A DNA stretch of 64,000 nucleotides, from the NCBI RefSeq assembly GCF_009914755.1, contig NC_060938.1. One strand, given 5' to 3'. This document shows positions 27,807 through 41,088 of this stretch, piece by piece. The number at the start of each line of letters is the position of its first letter. The first letter of the stretch is position 1. A program made the translations under genes and the position numbers. Source of the DNA: the human T2T-CHM13v2.0 reference genome, Homo sapiens. Under the pieces are notes generated by a model that was not told the DNA's origin, searched no databases, and was given only the letters and a program-made list of their open reading frames with translations.

Positions 27807-28045
27807 AAGTAGCCTTATCTACCTCTCCACCTCATTTGCAGTCTTTTTCCCCTTCCCTCACGTGTTCCAATCATACTCACTTCCTTTAACCTTCTGAATT
27901 ATGCCCAACTCTTTCCCAAATCAGAATATATACTTCTCCCTCTTCCTAAAGCACATCTCTCCCCCAACCCACCCCAACTTTTCTCATGGAAGGTGCCTTG
28001 ATTTTCAGGATTCTCTTTATTGCCCCCTCCTTAGAACAGGTCTTT

Positions 28046-28150
28046 ATTATTATTATTATTTGAATAGTTTTTGGGGTACAGGTGGTTTTTGATTACATGG
28101 ATGAGTTCTATAGTGGTGAATTCTGAGATTTTATTTTAGTGCACCCGTGA
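28046..28150 (-). mobile_element. Very short (~105 bp) L1PB-type 3' end
   Basis: (TTA)n tail, ttttggggtacaggtggtttttgattacatgg. Perfect TSD AACAGGTCTTT. Confidence 0.85.
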
Positions 28151-28211
28151 AACAGGTCTTTTTAAATCTAAATCTCATCCACTTTTCCCTATCACAGCAC
28201 TCTGTTAAATT

Positions 28212-28775
28212 TATTTGTTCATTCATTCAACAAATTTATTTTGTGCACTAAGTATGTTCTAAGAACCATTTTAAGCACCGTGGATACAACAGTGAGCAAG
28301 AGTGAACATTTTAGTCAGAGAAGTAGACAATAAGCAAAATAAGTAGATTGAGTATCAAAAACATTTATAATTCTAGTTTAGAGTGGCCATGGAAAGTCTC
28401 ACTGAGAGGGTGGCATATGAGAAAAGATGGCAAGGAGGAAAGGAGCCAACCATATGACTATCTAGGGAGAGAGTATTCCAGGTGGAAGGAGAATCCAGTG
28501 CAAAGTCCTGAGGCAAGAGCATGCCTGGAGTGTTTGAGGAAGGCAAAGAGCTACAGTGACTAAAGTGGACTGAGTTGGAGGACAATTGTAAGAGATGAGG
28601 CAGGAAAAGTGAGATTAGGGTTAGATGGAGTAGGGCCTTGGACACCATAGTAGGTCCTTCAGCTTTCACTCTAAGTGAAACAGGAAACCCTTGGAAGCTT
28701 TTGTGTTAAGGGTCATGTGATCTGCCTTGCATTACAGAAGGACCACTCCAGTTGTTCTTTGGGAAAACAATTTGA
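28212..28775 (-). mobile_element. L2 fragment
   Basis: ttcattcattcaacaaatttatt tail, gtgcaaagtcctgaggcaagagcatgcctgg..tttgaggaa. Confidence 0.8.
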
Positions 28776-28781
28776 AGAAAG

Positions 28782-29168
28782 AGTCATAGACTGAATGTTT
28801 GTGTAAATTCATATATTGAACTTTTAACCCGCAATGTGATTTCACAGAGCCTGTAAGGTGATAAAGGTTAAATGAGGTCAAAATGGTGAAGCCCTGATCT
28901 TAAGGACTGGCGGTCCCATAAGACAAGGAAACAACATTGGAGCTCTCTCTCTCCCTGAACAACATGCACGGAGGAATGGCCATGTGAGGACAGACACAGC
29001 CAGAAGGCAGCCCTCTGCAAACCAGGAAAAGAGCCCTCACCAGAATAACCATTGCTAACACCCTGATCTAGGACTTCCAGCCCCCACAACTGTAAGAAAA
29101 TTCACTTCTATTGTTTAAACCAACCAGTCTATAGTATTTTGTTATGACAGCTTGAACTGACTAAGGCA
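28782..29168 (+). mobile_element. MLT1A-like solo LTR
   Basis: gactgaatgtttgtgt start, cagtctatagtattttgttat..gactaaggCA end. Confidence 0.85.
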
Positions 29169-29870
29169 GGGAATAAGAATGGAAGACCATGTTATCTTCC
29201 TAGCATTTAAGCAAATTTATATTATACATATCTGTCATGGTGCATTTGTTTCAGATCTTATCCACTCAACTGTAACCTCCACAAGACTAGGTTCTGGGTC
29301 CCTCTCATTCAGCACTCTGCCTCCAGTTCCTAGTACTGCACCCAGCAGGTCACGGATGCATAATAAATATTTCCTGAATGAGTAACTTGATGAATTTTGG
29401 ATTTCTCTAAGATAGGCCCATCATTTAGGGCATTTACTTTTAAATGAAAAACATTTTGGTTTTTGTTTAATTTGTTTGTTTCTATAGAGTTTTCTATGGA
29501 TTGATACTATGATACTGTATATTAATCAACTTTCCTCCTTCATTCTTTCCTTCTGCAGCCAATTATTGAGTATCTGCTATAAACCTGGCATTGTGCTAGG
29601 GCTGGGATGCAAGAACGAATCCTACTTGCTTACATCAAGGTGTTAGCAGACTTTTGTATTTGTATTATTTAACATCATACCATTTAATGAGAGCCCAATA
29701 TGCAAAAGTAGAATATATTTTTATCAAATCCAAATGTCATAATTTCTGGAATATGTTTTACTGGGCTACTTAGCAATCATCTATTAGAACTCAGATGCCA
29801 CCTATTCAGTATGTCACTTTTGTTGGTAATAGGCTACAGCTTTAAAATTTGCATCACTTTGATAGACTCC

Positions 29871-30322
29871 TACATTAGTTTTCTAGGGATGCTGTAACAA
29901 AGTGCCACAAACTGGGCACAAATTTATTGTCTTGGTTCTGGAGCTAGAAGTTCAAGATCAGGGTATCAGCAAAGTTGATTTCTTCTAAGCCCAATGAGAA
30001 AGAATCTGTTTCTTGCCTCTTCCCAGCTTCTGGTAGTTTGTCTGCAATCTTTGGCCTTCCCCAGCTTATAGAAACACCACACTGATTCCTGCCTTCATCT
30101 TCAAATGGAGTTCTCCCTGTGTGTGTGTCTATGTCTTCATTTCCTCTTTTTATAAAGACACCAGTCATGTTGGATTAGGGTTTTATCCTACTCTGGTATG
30201 ACCTTATCTTAACTAACTACATTCGCAACAACCCTATTTCCAAAGAAGGTCACATTCTGAGGTACTGGCGTTAGGACTTCAACATATGAACTTTTGGAGA
30301 AGGCAAACTTAAACTCATAACA
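29871..30322 (-). mobile_element. MLT1B/C-like solo LTR
   Basis: attagttttctaggg.tgctgtaacaaa..gtcacattctgaggtactgg. TSD ACTCC/ACTCT. Confidence 0.85.
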
Positions 30323-30638
30323 ACTCTTAATAAGGGAATAAATAAAGAGCTCTTCTCACCTTCAGCTCTTAATTACTACTTATCTTTGATAAGTGTTGGG
30401 GTTGAAAGTTGGAAAAAAAAAGTGGAGTTCTAAATTTTACAACTTTCACCATGGTGTAGCCAAGAAAACACTTTAGTAAGACTCACAGAGCTCTGTCCTA
30501 GTCTCATGTATCTAAATGTCTAATTCAGCTATTACTAAGGATTATCAGTGAGTTTCTTTATATAAAGAGACAGGATCAACTTTCGTAACCACTAATGTCC
30601 TGACCTGTCCTAGAAGAAAAGAAAAAAGTGTTATTATT

Positions 30639-31227
30639 TATGGTAGGCAGAATACTAAAATTAGCCCCATGATCTCCACTGCTGGTGTTAGTCCTATGAT
30701 TATATTATGTTGCATGGCAAACAGGAATTTGGCAGTTGCAATTAAGGTTATCAATCTGTTGACTGTATTGTAGAGACCTTTTCCCAGTGGGCCTAACCTA
30801 ACCACATAAGCCCCATAAAGCTGAGAATTTTCTTCAATTGGTAGCTGAAAAGAAAATCAAAGAGATTCAAAGTGTGAGAGGGATTATTTCAGGGAGACAT
30901 TGCTAGAATGGATTGGGCCACTCAGGCAAGAACTTGAGAATGGCCTCTAAGAACTGAGAAATGTACCCAGCCAACAGCCAGCAAGAAAACAGGGACCTCA
31001 GTCCTACAACTGCAAGGCACTCAGTTCTACCAAAAACCTGAATGAGTTTGGAAGTGGATTCTTCTACAGAGCCTCCAGGTAAGCACCCAGACTTCTGAAA
31101 CCTAAGCAGAGAATCCAATCAAATCCAACTACATTTCTGTCCTACAGAACTGTGAGAAAAGAATGGGTGTTGTTTTAAGCCAGTACGCTTATGGTAATAT
31201 GTTATGCAGTGATAGAAAATTAACACA
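30639..31227 (+). mobile_element. MLT1E-family solo LTR
   Basis: tggtaggcagaat start, gatagaaaattaacaCA end. TSD TTATT/CTATT. Confidence 0.8.
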
Positions 31228-31602
31228 CTATTACCCTGTGATGACAAAAAGAATGGTGAAACCAGGAAGAAATAAAAATGAGGACAGAATGGAGAAACAG
31301 ACTAGGTGAAAACTGAGTAGAACAGAGAAAGATAAAAGGAAACAGGCGAGGAAAGAAAGACAGAATGAGATAAGGTATATAAAGTTTTCTTTTAAAGATT
31401 TCTACTTGGCCACAGCCAAAATGTGCTTGTATTTGTTTGTTTGTTTGTTTGTTTTAGTGTCTGTGTGTTTGGGTGAAGTGGTGATACTAGATTTGACAAT
31501 CAACCTCACGATACATTGTACAATTACACTAAAATCTAGATTTATGTTACCAAAGATGATCTAATAAAAAAGAATGAAACAATGCGTACCTTTTGCACAT
31601 GT

Positions 31603-31745
31603 GAGGAAAAGAGTAGAGAAAAAAAGGGAGGAAAAGAGTAGAGAAAAAAAGGAAGGAAAAGAAAGGAAGAGAAAAGAAAGGAAGAAGAAAGTCAGGGGGA
31701 GTAAGGAAAAGGAGAGGAGAAGAGAAGGAAACTACAAAGGAAAAC
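31603..31745 (+). repeat. GA-rich purine tract with ~25-bp tandem duplication
   Basis: GGAAAAGAGTAGAGAAAAAAAGG x2, then GGAAA/GAAAA degenerate repeats. Confidence 0.85.
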
Positions 31746-32949
31746 GTTTTTAGATGAATATAAATTCCGTTTTGAAGACTGGGCTAAGGTTGTGTGTCAG
31801 AGATGAGCACAGTGGTATCAAACTTCTCTTGATGTTCTCCAGAATCAATAGAGAAATTGCCATTTCTGTTCTGCTTTTTCAGCCTTTTTGAGCTTGACTA
31901 GTTCCCTGGCCGCCTAAACAGCCTTTAATTCCATCAAAGGAAGCAAAAGCTCCACTGCCATGACATTAAAAAAAAAATAAAAAAAATCTTTACCTCTTGC
32001 AGGTATTTCTGAATCCAATAATTATGAAAACACAAAATCACATCTGTTTGAAAGAGCTGAGTAAGCCAATAGCAATGTTAGACATTTCCAATAAAATTCA
32101 GTAATTGAAAATAAGTTTTATTAGGAAAACACCATTTCTGGAGTTTCACTCAGTAAGGCAGAGAAATTACTCTGACAGGGTCAAATCCCAAGGAGATTTT
32201 TTTTCCCCTTGTGTCCTTAATGGATTTATGGATCCTTTATAGGATGTGGGGACATTTCACATGTCCAGTGACACAGACCGACATCAGTGTATTGAAACAA
32301 AAACACAAAGACCAACTTAGTGTAGAATTTATGGTAAAAAGCTTGCATGGCAGAGCCAAAGTGACCAGGCAATTAAATAGCAAGCACAAAAATATGAACA
32401 ACTTCTGTGCACAGACTTCTGCAGCTAGTTTCATGTAAGAGCTTTTGTTTTTTAAAAAATGAGCTGTTAAACACTAAAAAACAAGAGATAAATACACAGG
32501 ACAAAGATCAACTAACTATACAAGTTGACATCCAAATAATAAATAAGAAGAAAGCAGTTATTCATCTTGTAACTTCTGTTCTGGGCTCTGAAGAAATACT
32601 GATTCTATTTTCTTTGTCTGTGACCAGTAATATTATTTGTAAAGCATTCTCACCAAGTTGGTTAAATGAGATCTCTTCTCCAGCCAGAGCTGAAAGACCT
32701 CTAATCAAAGTGTGCTTTCAGTAGCTCCTCTTTCTGTGCTTGGGAAATTCTAAATGATTATTGCCATTATTTCCTACGTAGATGACTGTTGTATAATTGC
32801 CTGTTCTCTGTCTTGTGGCCTTGGGAAGACTACTAATGTGATAGTTGATGACCAGCCAAACCCCAAGATTGTAGAGTGGCCCAAAGAGTTGTTTATGCCA
32901 ATCTTTGGGAGGAAACATGCTACATAATTACAAAATAACATATTTAGAT

Positions 32950-33280
32950 CAGGGGTCAGCAAACTTTTTCTGTAAAGGGCCATAGAGTAAATAGTTTAGG
33001 CTTTGTGAGCCAGACAGTCTTCGTTGCAACTATTCAACTCTGCTTGTAGTGTGAAAGTAGCTACAGACAATACCTACATGAATGAGCATGGCTGTGTCCC
33101 AGTAAAACTTAAATTAGAACAAAAATTTAAATTTCTTATAATTTTCTTTTGTCAAAAAATATTACTCTGATTTAGGTCTCTTTAAACCACATAAAAATGT
33201 AAGAGCCATTCTTAGCTCAGATTCATACAAAAACAGATAGTTGGCTAAAATTGCCAGGAGGGCATAGTTGCCCATCTCTG
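32950..33280 (-). mobile_element. MER58B-like hAT-Charlie element
   Basis: CAGGGGTCAGCAAAC terminal repeat, degenerate 8-bp TSD ATTTAGAT/ATTTAAAC. Confidence 0.85.
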
Positions 33281-33614
33281 ATTTAAACTATTTTATATGT
33301 TTCCAGAATATATCACATGATTATATTTCTAGAGCTAATCCTTGATACAAACATAATAAAAGTTGGTTAAAGTTATATACAATAAATGCCAAATGCACAG
33401 TATTGAATTTTGTCAAATATTAATCGAAATTCACCTTTTCTAACATACTGTAATTTTATTTACTTGATGCTCTTAAAGCTTCCAGTCCATGAAGGAAATA
33501 CAATGCAGAAAACCTGAAAAACCCATATAATTTGACTACCCATCTATTGCAATTGTTTGACACTGAAATACTGTGTACTCTCATAAAATCCTGAGGTTTT
33601 ATTTTCCGCCAGAC

Positions 33615-33680
33615 AGAAATTATCTCAGAGTTATTTGGTGTTATTTATTTGGCTGAGAAATTATCTCAGAGTTATTTGGT
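33615..33680 (+). repeat. Perfect 25-bp direct repeat with 16-bp spacer
   Basis: AGAAATTATCTCAGAGTTATTTGGT at 33615-33639 and 33656-33680. Confidence 0.95.
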
Positions 33681-34668
33681 AATCTAGTCATGTACAATAA
33701 CACAATTACATGCGACCTATAGTCAATAGCTGCTCTGCCCTTGGTCCTCTGATATCAGTGATAGTATTAAATAAATAAATCCAGAGAATCTGGTTAAGGT
33801 TGATTCCAATTTCAGGCCCTGGGAATAGTTCAGTGGGAATTTTAATGTAGTTTTGCCATTATCCACACGCTATGATTCATGGTTCAAGGCAATACTAGCC
33901 ATTCTTGACACAGCACTATATCTGTATGTGTGTAAGCTGTTCAGTGTGTATGGCTGCATATTCATCATACTAATGCAAACTAAGGTGATTACTACAGAGC
34001 TGTCAAACCCCGTTCAATCCTATACATTCATCAACAAGTATTTGCCAACTCCATAATTTATCCAAAGCTTTACAAAATTCCCTTCATGTCTGCTTTCTCT
34101 TAACATATCACTACAAGTTCTCTCTTACCTACTGGTCAGTGGATCTGGCAATTACTTTCCCCAAATTATCATTGTTGTCTTACAACATTATTGATGTAAG
34201 TTTTCAGGACCTAGTTAGTCTCCAAAGCCAAAAGAACATGGTTCAAGTGTTTTGTTTTGTTTTTTTAAGATAAGTCCTAGCTCTCCAAGCCCTTCCATTC
34301 TCAACAATGACATGTACTTTCTTCATGGCTACACAGAACTAATGCTATCATCTTTTGTCTTTTCTCTAATTCATCTCTGATTTATTTATTCTCCCCTCCA
34401 ACTCATCTTCATTGTCCTTTACTGTCTTGCCATGACTTTCTTTCTTTCATATTTCCCAATCTTTCTTCCTACAAACACTGATTAGGTACCAGGCCCTTTC
34501 ACTGCTACCAGAAAGATAAGAATGAATAAGACACAGTTGTATGAGACAGATGGTAACATAAGATGCACAAAGATATAATAAGATGTGGCATTGAGCTCAA
34601 AGTCTACTCCCTTCCCTATGCCTGGGATCCCATGATACTGCATTTTCCAGAGGCTCATGCTATATCCC

Positions 34669-35046
34669 TGTATTAGTCCATTTGCACACTGGTAATAAAG
34701 ACATACCTGAGACTGGGTAATTTATAAACGAAAGAGGTTTAATTGACTTACAGCTCAGCATGACTGAGGAGGCCTCAGGAAACTTACAATCCTGATGGAA
34801 AGGGAAGCAAACACACCCTTCTTCATATCATGGCAAGAGAGAGAAGTGTGGAGCAAAACGCAGGGAAAAGTCCCTTATAAAACCATCAGATCTTGTGAGA
34901 ACTCACTCACTATCACGAGAACAGCAGGGAGGTAACCGGCCCCATGATTCAATTACCTCCCACTGGGTGCCTCCTACATCATGTGGGAATTATGGGAACT
35001 ACAATTCAAGATGAGATTTGGTTGGGGACACAGCCAAACCATATCA
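34669..35046 (-). mobile_element. THE1D-like solo LTR
   Basis: TGTATTAGTC..AAACCATATCA. Perfect TSD ATCCC. Confidence 0.9.
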
Positions 35047-35149
35047 ATCCCCAATCTCTCAAGAGACTTAAAATTCTCCCTTTTCCTTAGCACCTTCTAA
35101 CTTCAAATATAGTTATGCTTCCCCAAATAAAAAAATGGGTTTTACTTTC

Positions 35150-36230
35150 ATTTTCAAGTTTTAATAAAATATATCTAATATTTTTAAATATGGAGACAAG
35201 TAACAAGTCACTCATCACCTAAGTGAACAAATGTTATTTTATTTTATTCCGTTCAGACTTTAAAAAATAAAATAAAACATTCCAAGTGCCGTTAAAGTAT
35301 TTTTTGTAGCTCTCCTTGGCCCCATATTTATCTAAAATCTTTGCCAACCCTTCCCCCCGACATGGAACCATTATTTTGAATCCTTTGCATTCAGTTTTTT
35401 CATACTTTTACTACATATATATGGATCTATGTGGTTTTACTAAATGTGCGTGTCTTTAAAAATACAGTGTTTCAGGAGGCCAAGGTGGGCAGATCACTTG
35501 AAGCCAGGAGTTTGAGACCAGCCTGGCCAACATGGAAAAATCCTGTCTCTACTAAAAATACAAAAAATTAGCCAGGCATGGTGGTACAGGCCTGTAATTC
35601 CAGCTACTCGCGAGGCTGAGGCACAGAATTGTTTGAACCTGGGAGGCAAAGGTTGCAGTGAGATCACATTGCTACACTCCAGCCTGGGTGACAGAGTGAG
35701 ACTCTGTCTCAAAAAAACAAAAACAAAAGAAAACAAAAAATACAGTGTTTGCTTGAGTGCTTTTAAAAGTACATAATGATATCACACTACATGTTCCATT
35801 CTGAAACTTGTTTAAATTTATGTACTAGTTATATATTTGAGATTTATCTATATTGATGCATATTGTTTTCATTCATTCATTTTACCTGGTGAGTATTATT
35901 CATCATATGAACACAGCACAAATTATTTCTCTTTCTTCTATTCATGGAGATTTACATTGCTTCTAATTTTCCCTACCAAATATAATATTAAATAGGCATT
36001 TCAGTATATGTTTCTTTGCGGACATAGGTAAAAGTGGAATATCTGAGCCTCAGGCTATGTGCACTTTCAACATCACTAGATGTTGTATATAGTGCCAATT
36101 GCCTCTACAGACTAGTTGTCTCAATGTGCTCCCACTATTAGTGTATGAGGCTTTCCCACAGCCTTATAGCAATTGGTACTGTCAGATTTTTCCATTTTTT
36201 ATTGTCTGATGGGTTTCAAGTGTGTCTTAT
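35150..36230 (-). mobile_element. L1ME-like 3' fragment interrupted by an Alu
   Basis: tttgagatttatctatattgatg, ttcatggagatttacattgcttc motifs. Boundaries approximate. Confidence 0.6.
35473..35735 (+). mobile_element. 5'-truncated AluS (Sz-like)
   Basis: Starts at ggaggcc, lacking the first ~40 nt. Perfect TSD AAAAATACAGTGTTT. Confidence 0.9.
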
Positions 36231-39139
36231 CACCACTTTCCAATCTGGTTTCTATCCTCATTGAGCTATAAAAACTGTTCTTTCCGTGGAAATCTAATAA
36301 TCACTTTCTTGCCAAATCACAAAGACTTCACTTGTACCCATCACTCTACTTGACCTCAATTGCATTTGGCATGCTCGTAACCACCAAGTCCAAACGTTTT
36401 CTTCCTTTATCTACCATTTCACAGTATTCTGGGGCAGAGGAGGCATTGAGCAAAATGTCCTCTTAGAAGTTCAGATGTGAATCTCATAGACAGATCAGAA
36501 AAGTTACTCTTCAAAGAAATGTATTTAATAATAAAGCTGCAAAAATTTTTTTAACCTTGGAAAGTTAAAAAAAATACAGGTAGCTTTCATAATATGAAAC
36601 ACAGAAAATTAATTTCAAAACAAGTACTCCCCAGTTGTGGGGGTGTGCAAGAAACAGCATGAGAACACTTTCAGAGTAAGCACAACATTTAACCCAACAT
36701 GTAACAAACATTCACAAGTCTTTCTTAATTATGTCCAATGTAGTTTATGTATGTGATGCATATTATATTGATAAACTTACTGGTCATCAAAATACAATGA
36801 ATGTGTTATGTTTTAAAAAATAAACAAAATTTGAATCTATTATAATGTTGAAAGGGGGCTATCAGATTTCCGAAGCATCTTTCCTTTCCTGTTTCATGAG
36901 CTATAGTTGCTTTTGACTATGCAAGCTAGAACACAAATTTAAGAAATAGAAACATATAGATCTGGACCAGGAACCTTTAAGTAGGTCTAAATGCGTAGCC
37001 ATATATGAAAAATTATCTAAAATATTGTGTATTGGAGCTTATACACATATGAAATAGCCATCTCCACTACTCATTTTCCCCCATTGACATCACTGATGAC
37101 AATAAACAAATATTCATTTAAGGAATGCATTCGACATATACTTACTGAGCACTGACTCGTTGACTATACGAGGTCAGGAGATTGGGCAACGGCTAAGAAA
37201 GTCCCTTTCCTCAAACAGTTTAAATTCTAGATCTCTGGAAAAGTAATGCCAGACTCTGATTAGTACCTCCTGTTTTTATAAGTTTTTTGAGGTATGGAGT
37301 ATTTCAGTTTTGGGAAAAGAGTGGAATAGCTGTCAACGATGGCAAAAATAAAACTCCAAAATGTGATAAGGCTGATATAAAGGAAAGGGTCACCAATATT
37401 GTAAAAAGATAAGGTCTAGATCTCTCAGTATGGTCTAAGTTTAAAAATCCAGAGTAGTGACACCAACTAACCCTCATGAATAACGTTTTAGTAAAAATGT
37501 AAAAATCAGAAAAATCTTTCTTAAAAAGACTATTCTCTGCCCCACACATGTAGTTGACAATTATTAAAGTCTATAACCAAGAAACCTCAAGGGCTGTGAT
37601 AATTTTATGTGAAATATCCCCTTTAACTGCAAAAAGTAAAAACCTTACTTCTTTGGTGACTCTCATTAAAGTCTGCATTCTGAATGTTTCCAAAACTTTT
37701 ATTAAGGAAACACCATAGTGTTTCTGTTATAAACATTTGGGTAATTGCTGTGTCAATCTTTAAACAGACAACTCAGTAGAAGCTATGATAATTCAAGTTT
37801 GGCAAAAGATCAGTCATTACCTTTTATTTTATTTGGTATGACCTGTGATGATTCTACTAATGGGGGGGCTCTACTCAATTATTAGTTTATGCCGACTATT
37901 TAGCTAAATGCTCTATGAAACAAAAATGCTCTTTTTCACAGGTTTTGACAATTACCACAGAGATGAAGTACCTCCATAGTTCTGTCAAAGTCACTCTAAC
38001 CAAAGGAGCAGAATTGGGAATAGGGAGGATTACAATATGCTTTTGCTATTCTAGAAATATTGGATTGGTAATCTGGATTGCTGGCAAAACAAAACAAAAT
38101 ACTGACCCTATGCCATTTGCCCTCCAAAAATGATTTCCCAAATGCTGCCAAGTTCTCGAAGAGTAGATTTTGGTCTCACTACCAAGGTAATCTAGTATAA
38201 GAAAAACAGTTCATGAAACACCAGTTTTTTCCCTTTCTTTTGTGAGGATACATATATGGATCAAAAAATGCTTGTGTTCCATGTTGAGGTTCTTTGATTC
38301 TTAAAAGGAAATATGCTTGGCTAAATTTATGAGCTGAAAGACCAAGTAGCCTATTTTTGGAACACCAGAGAAAAGACCAACTGTGTCAAACCTGAAAAAT
38401 TATAACTGTCAGTGGATCTTGGCTGTTTGGCAAATATACTTTAAGCACTGAGCATACTGAATCTGAAATTTCAAGAGAAAATTTCCAACTTCATTTCTCA
38501 TTATAATAGATTTTAAGCATTTCTAGCCAAAACCCAGATATGGATACAGCATCTTAATGCCAAAAACTCTAATTACTGCCTCAACTTGACTTCAAGGATG
38601 CCTTGAAAATGATTTTAAAAAAGAAAGATTGAACATCATCTACTCCTACTGTAAGAAAAATGTAGATGGTATTTTCTTGATGCTCTGGGTAAAAATTCCT
38701 TTGGAAACTCAAGAAATATTTCCCAACATTGAACTATACACAACTAGCTCTGAATAGCTATTTAAAAAATTATGTTCAATTATGTTTCCAAAATTAATTT
38801 TTATATAGTCATGGTGGAGTAAAATGTCACTGCAGAGAAGTAAAAAGGCTTTCTTGTCACTATTCAGTGTTCATCAACACACACATGTGACATACATTTT
38901 CTTCACATTTAGCAAACAAGGAAAATATCTGTACAATAGATTTTATACTTAAGCACGCTGTTAAGGTCTTCATTTTCCACATAAACTAACATAGAAAAGC
39001 TTGTAGTCATCAAGTATACTCAATTCTCACATAATCAAATATTTTAAATGATTATTTCTTTATTAAGCAACCTTTTTTCCTCTAAAACTACCACTGAAAA
39101 TGTTGTTTTTATCTGCCATTTTAAAACTTCACAAACTTT

Positions 39140-39406
39140 TTTTTTTAAGTTCTGGGGTACATACGTGCAGGATGTGCAGGTTAGTTACACAGGTAAAAGT
39201 GTGCCATGGTGGTTTGCCGCACCTATCAACCCATCACCTAGGTATTGAGCCCAGCATGCATTAGCTGTTTTTCCTGATGCTCTCCTCCCCCAGCCCCCAC
39301 CGACAGGCCTCAGTGTGTGTGTTCCCCTCCCTGTGCCCATGTGTTCACATTGTTCAGTTCCCACTTATAAGTGAGAACATGCAGTGTTTGGTTTTCTGTT
39401 CCTGCG
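39140..39406 (-). mobile_element. L1PA8-10-like 3' end
   Basis: gtgcaggatgtgcagg..acctatcaacccatcacctagg. ~20-bp TSD TTTAAAACTTCASAAACTTT. Confidence 0.88.
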
Positions 39407-39514
39407 TTTAAAACTTCAGAAACTTTATGCATCAAAGCTACTATCCTTCTGATCTACATCATTTCTTTTGTGGGTTGTTTGTCTTGTTACACTTCCTTAA
39501 TTAAAGATTTTTCC

Positions 39515-39878
<364 letters not shown>

Positions 39879-40854
39879 TCACAATCTTAACTATGATCTC
39901 CATGCAAAGGACTTCCAAATACATGTTGTTGACCTTTAATCAAATCTTCATTATTACATATTTCTTTCTTCAAGCCATTCACCTAATGTGTTCAGGGCAC
40001 TTAGTGTGCACAATTCCCACCACAGGCGCCAGAGACACAAGACAGCACAAAGCAGTGTGGGTCCCTTCAGAACTGTGTGCCAGATGATCTCCTTCCATCC
40101 CTCTCAACACGTTGCAACATTCGTTGTTTAAAACTTATGCTTTTCCATTTCTACTAGCTCTATTTATTCATTAAAGTTTTTGTGAACACTACAATCACTC
40201 TCCTATTCATCCAGATGTATAACTGTGTAGTTAACTCAAATACTCGGGAAAATTAGAAGAGAGGACATTTCAGTCTCTACTTCACACATATCTATTCTTT
40301 ATTTCATGTCTGTTCTTTCTTATCATTTGCTAATTGACCCTCCAGCATTCACGGTCTTTACCTCCTAATCTACTCTGTATACAGTTGGCACATTAATTTT
40401 AGAATATCATCTGCATAATGTCACATCCCTGTGCAAAACCCAACATAGAAAACCTTCAGTGGTTCACCATCTATGGCATAAAATCTAAACCTGTCATTTT
40501 AGCATTCAAGATACCTTCCAATTTTATATTCCATGAATCGCCATGTACTTCGCGCTATAGCCAGACCACTGTTCTCAAAACATTTTAGTATTTCCTCCTT
40601 GATATTCAGCACCTACCGAGAATGCCTCTCACCATCTTTTATAGCTGCCTAGGTTTCACTCAATGTAAGATACACCTGTCGTTCCACCTCCTCCTGGATT
40701 TTTTCCTTAACTCTTCCAACTAATATTCAACTCTCTCAGAAAGCATGAACTATTTTGTTTGTCTTGGCATTCATCATGTTTTAATGATATAGCTTTTTAA
40801 AAAAGAATATATTATCTCTGAAATGAAATTCAATTTCCTTAAGGTTAGGACCTT

Positions 40855-41088
40855 TATATATATGTATATGTATATATACATATACATATATATACATGTA
40901 TATATGGGTATATATGTATATATACATATAAATTTATATGTATATATACATATAAATTTATATAAATTTATATTATGTATAAATTTATATAAATTTATAT
41001 TATGTATAAATTTATATAAATTTATATTATGTATAAATTTATATACATATATAAAAATATATGTATATGTTTATATACATATATATTT
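40855..41088. repeat. (TA)-rich simple repeat with three 27-bp units TATAAATTTATATAAATTTATATTATG
   Basis: Read directly. Gives the INLYKFILC x3 pseudo-ORF. Confidence 0.9.

Noticed and set aside
31988-32010. CTTTACCTCTTGCAG|GTATTT as a recursive splice site
   Set aside because: The reconstituted donor is weak and there is no evidence of the host strand or of transcription
33615-33680. Repeat-spacer-repeat resembling a mini CRISPR array
   Set aside because: Only two repeats, the spacer derives from the repeat, primate context, no cas genes
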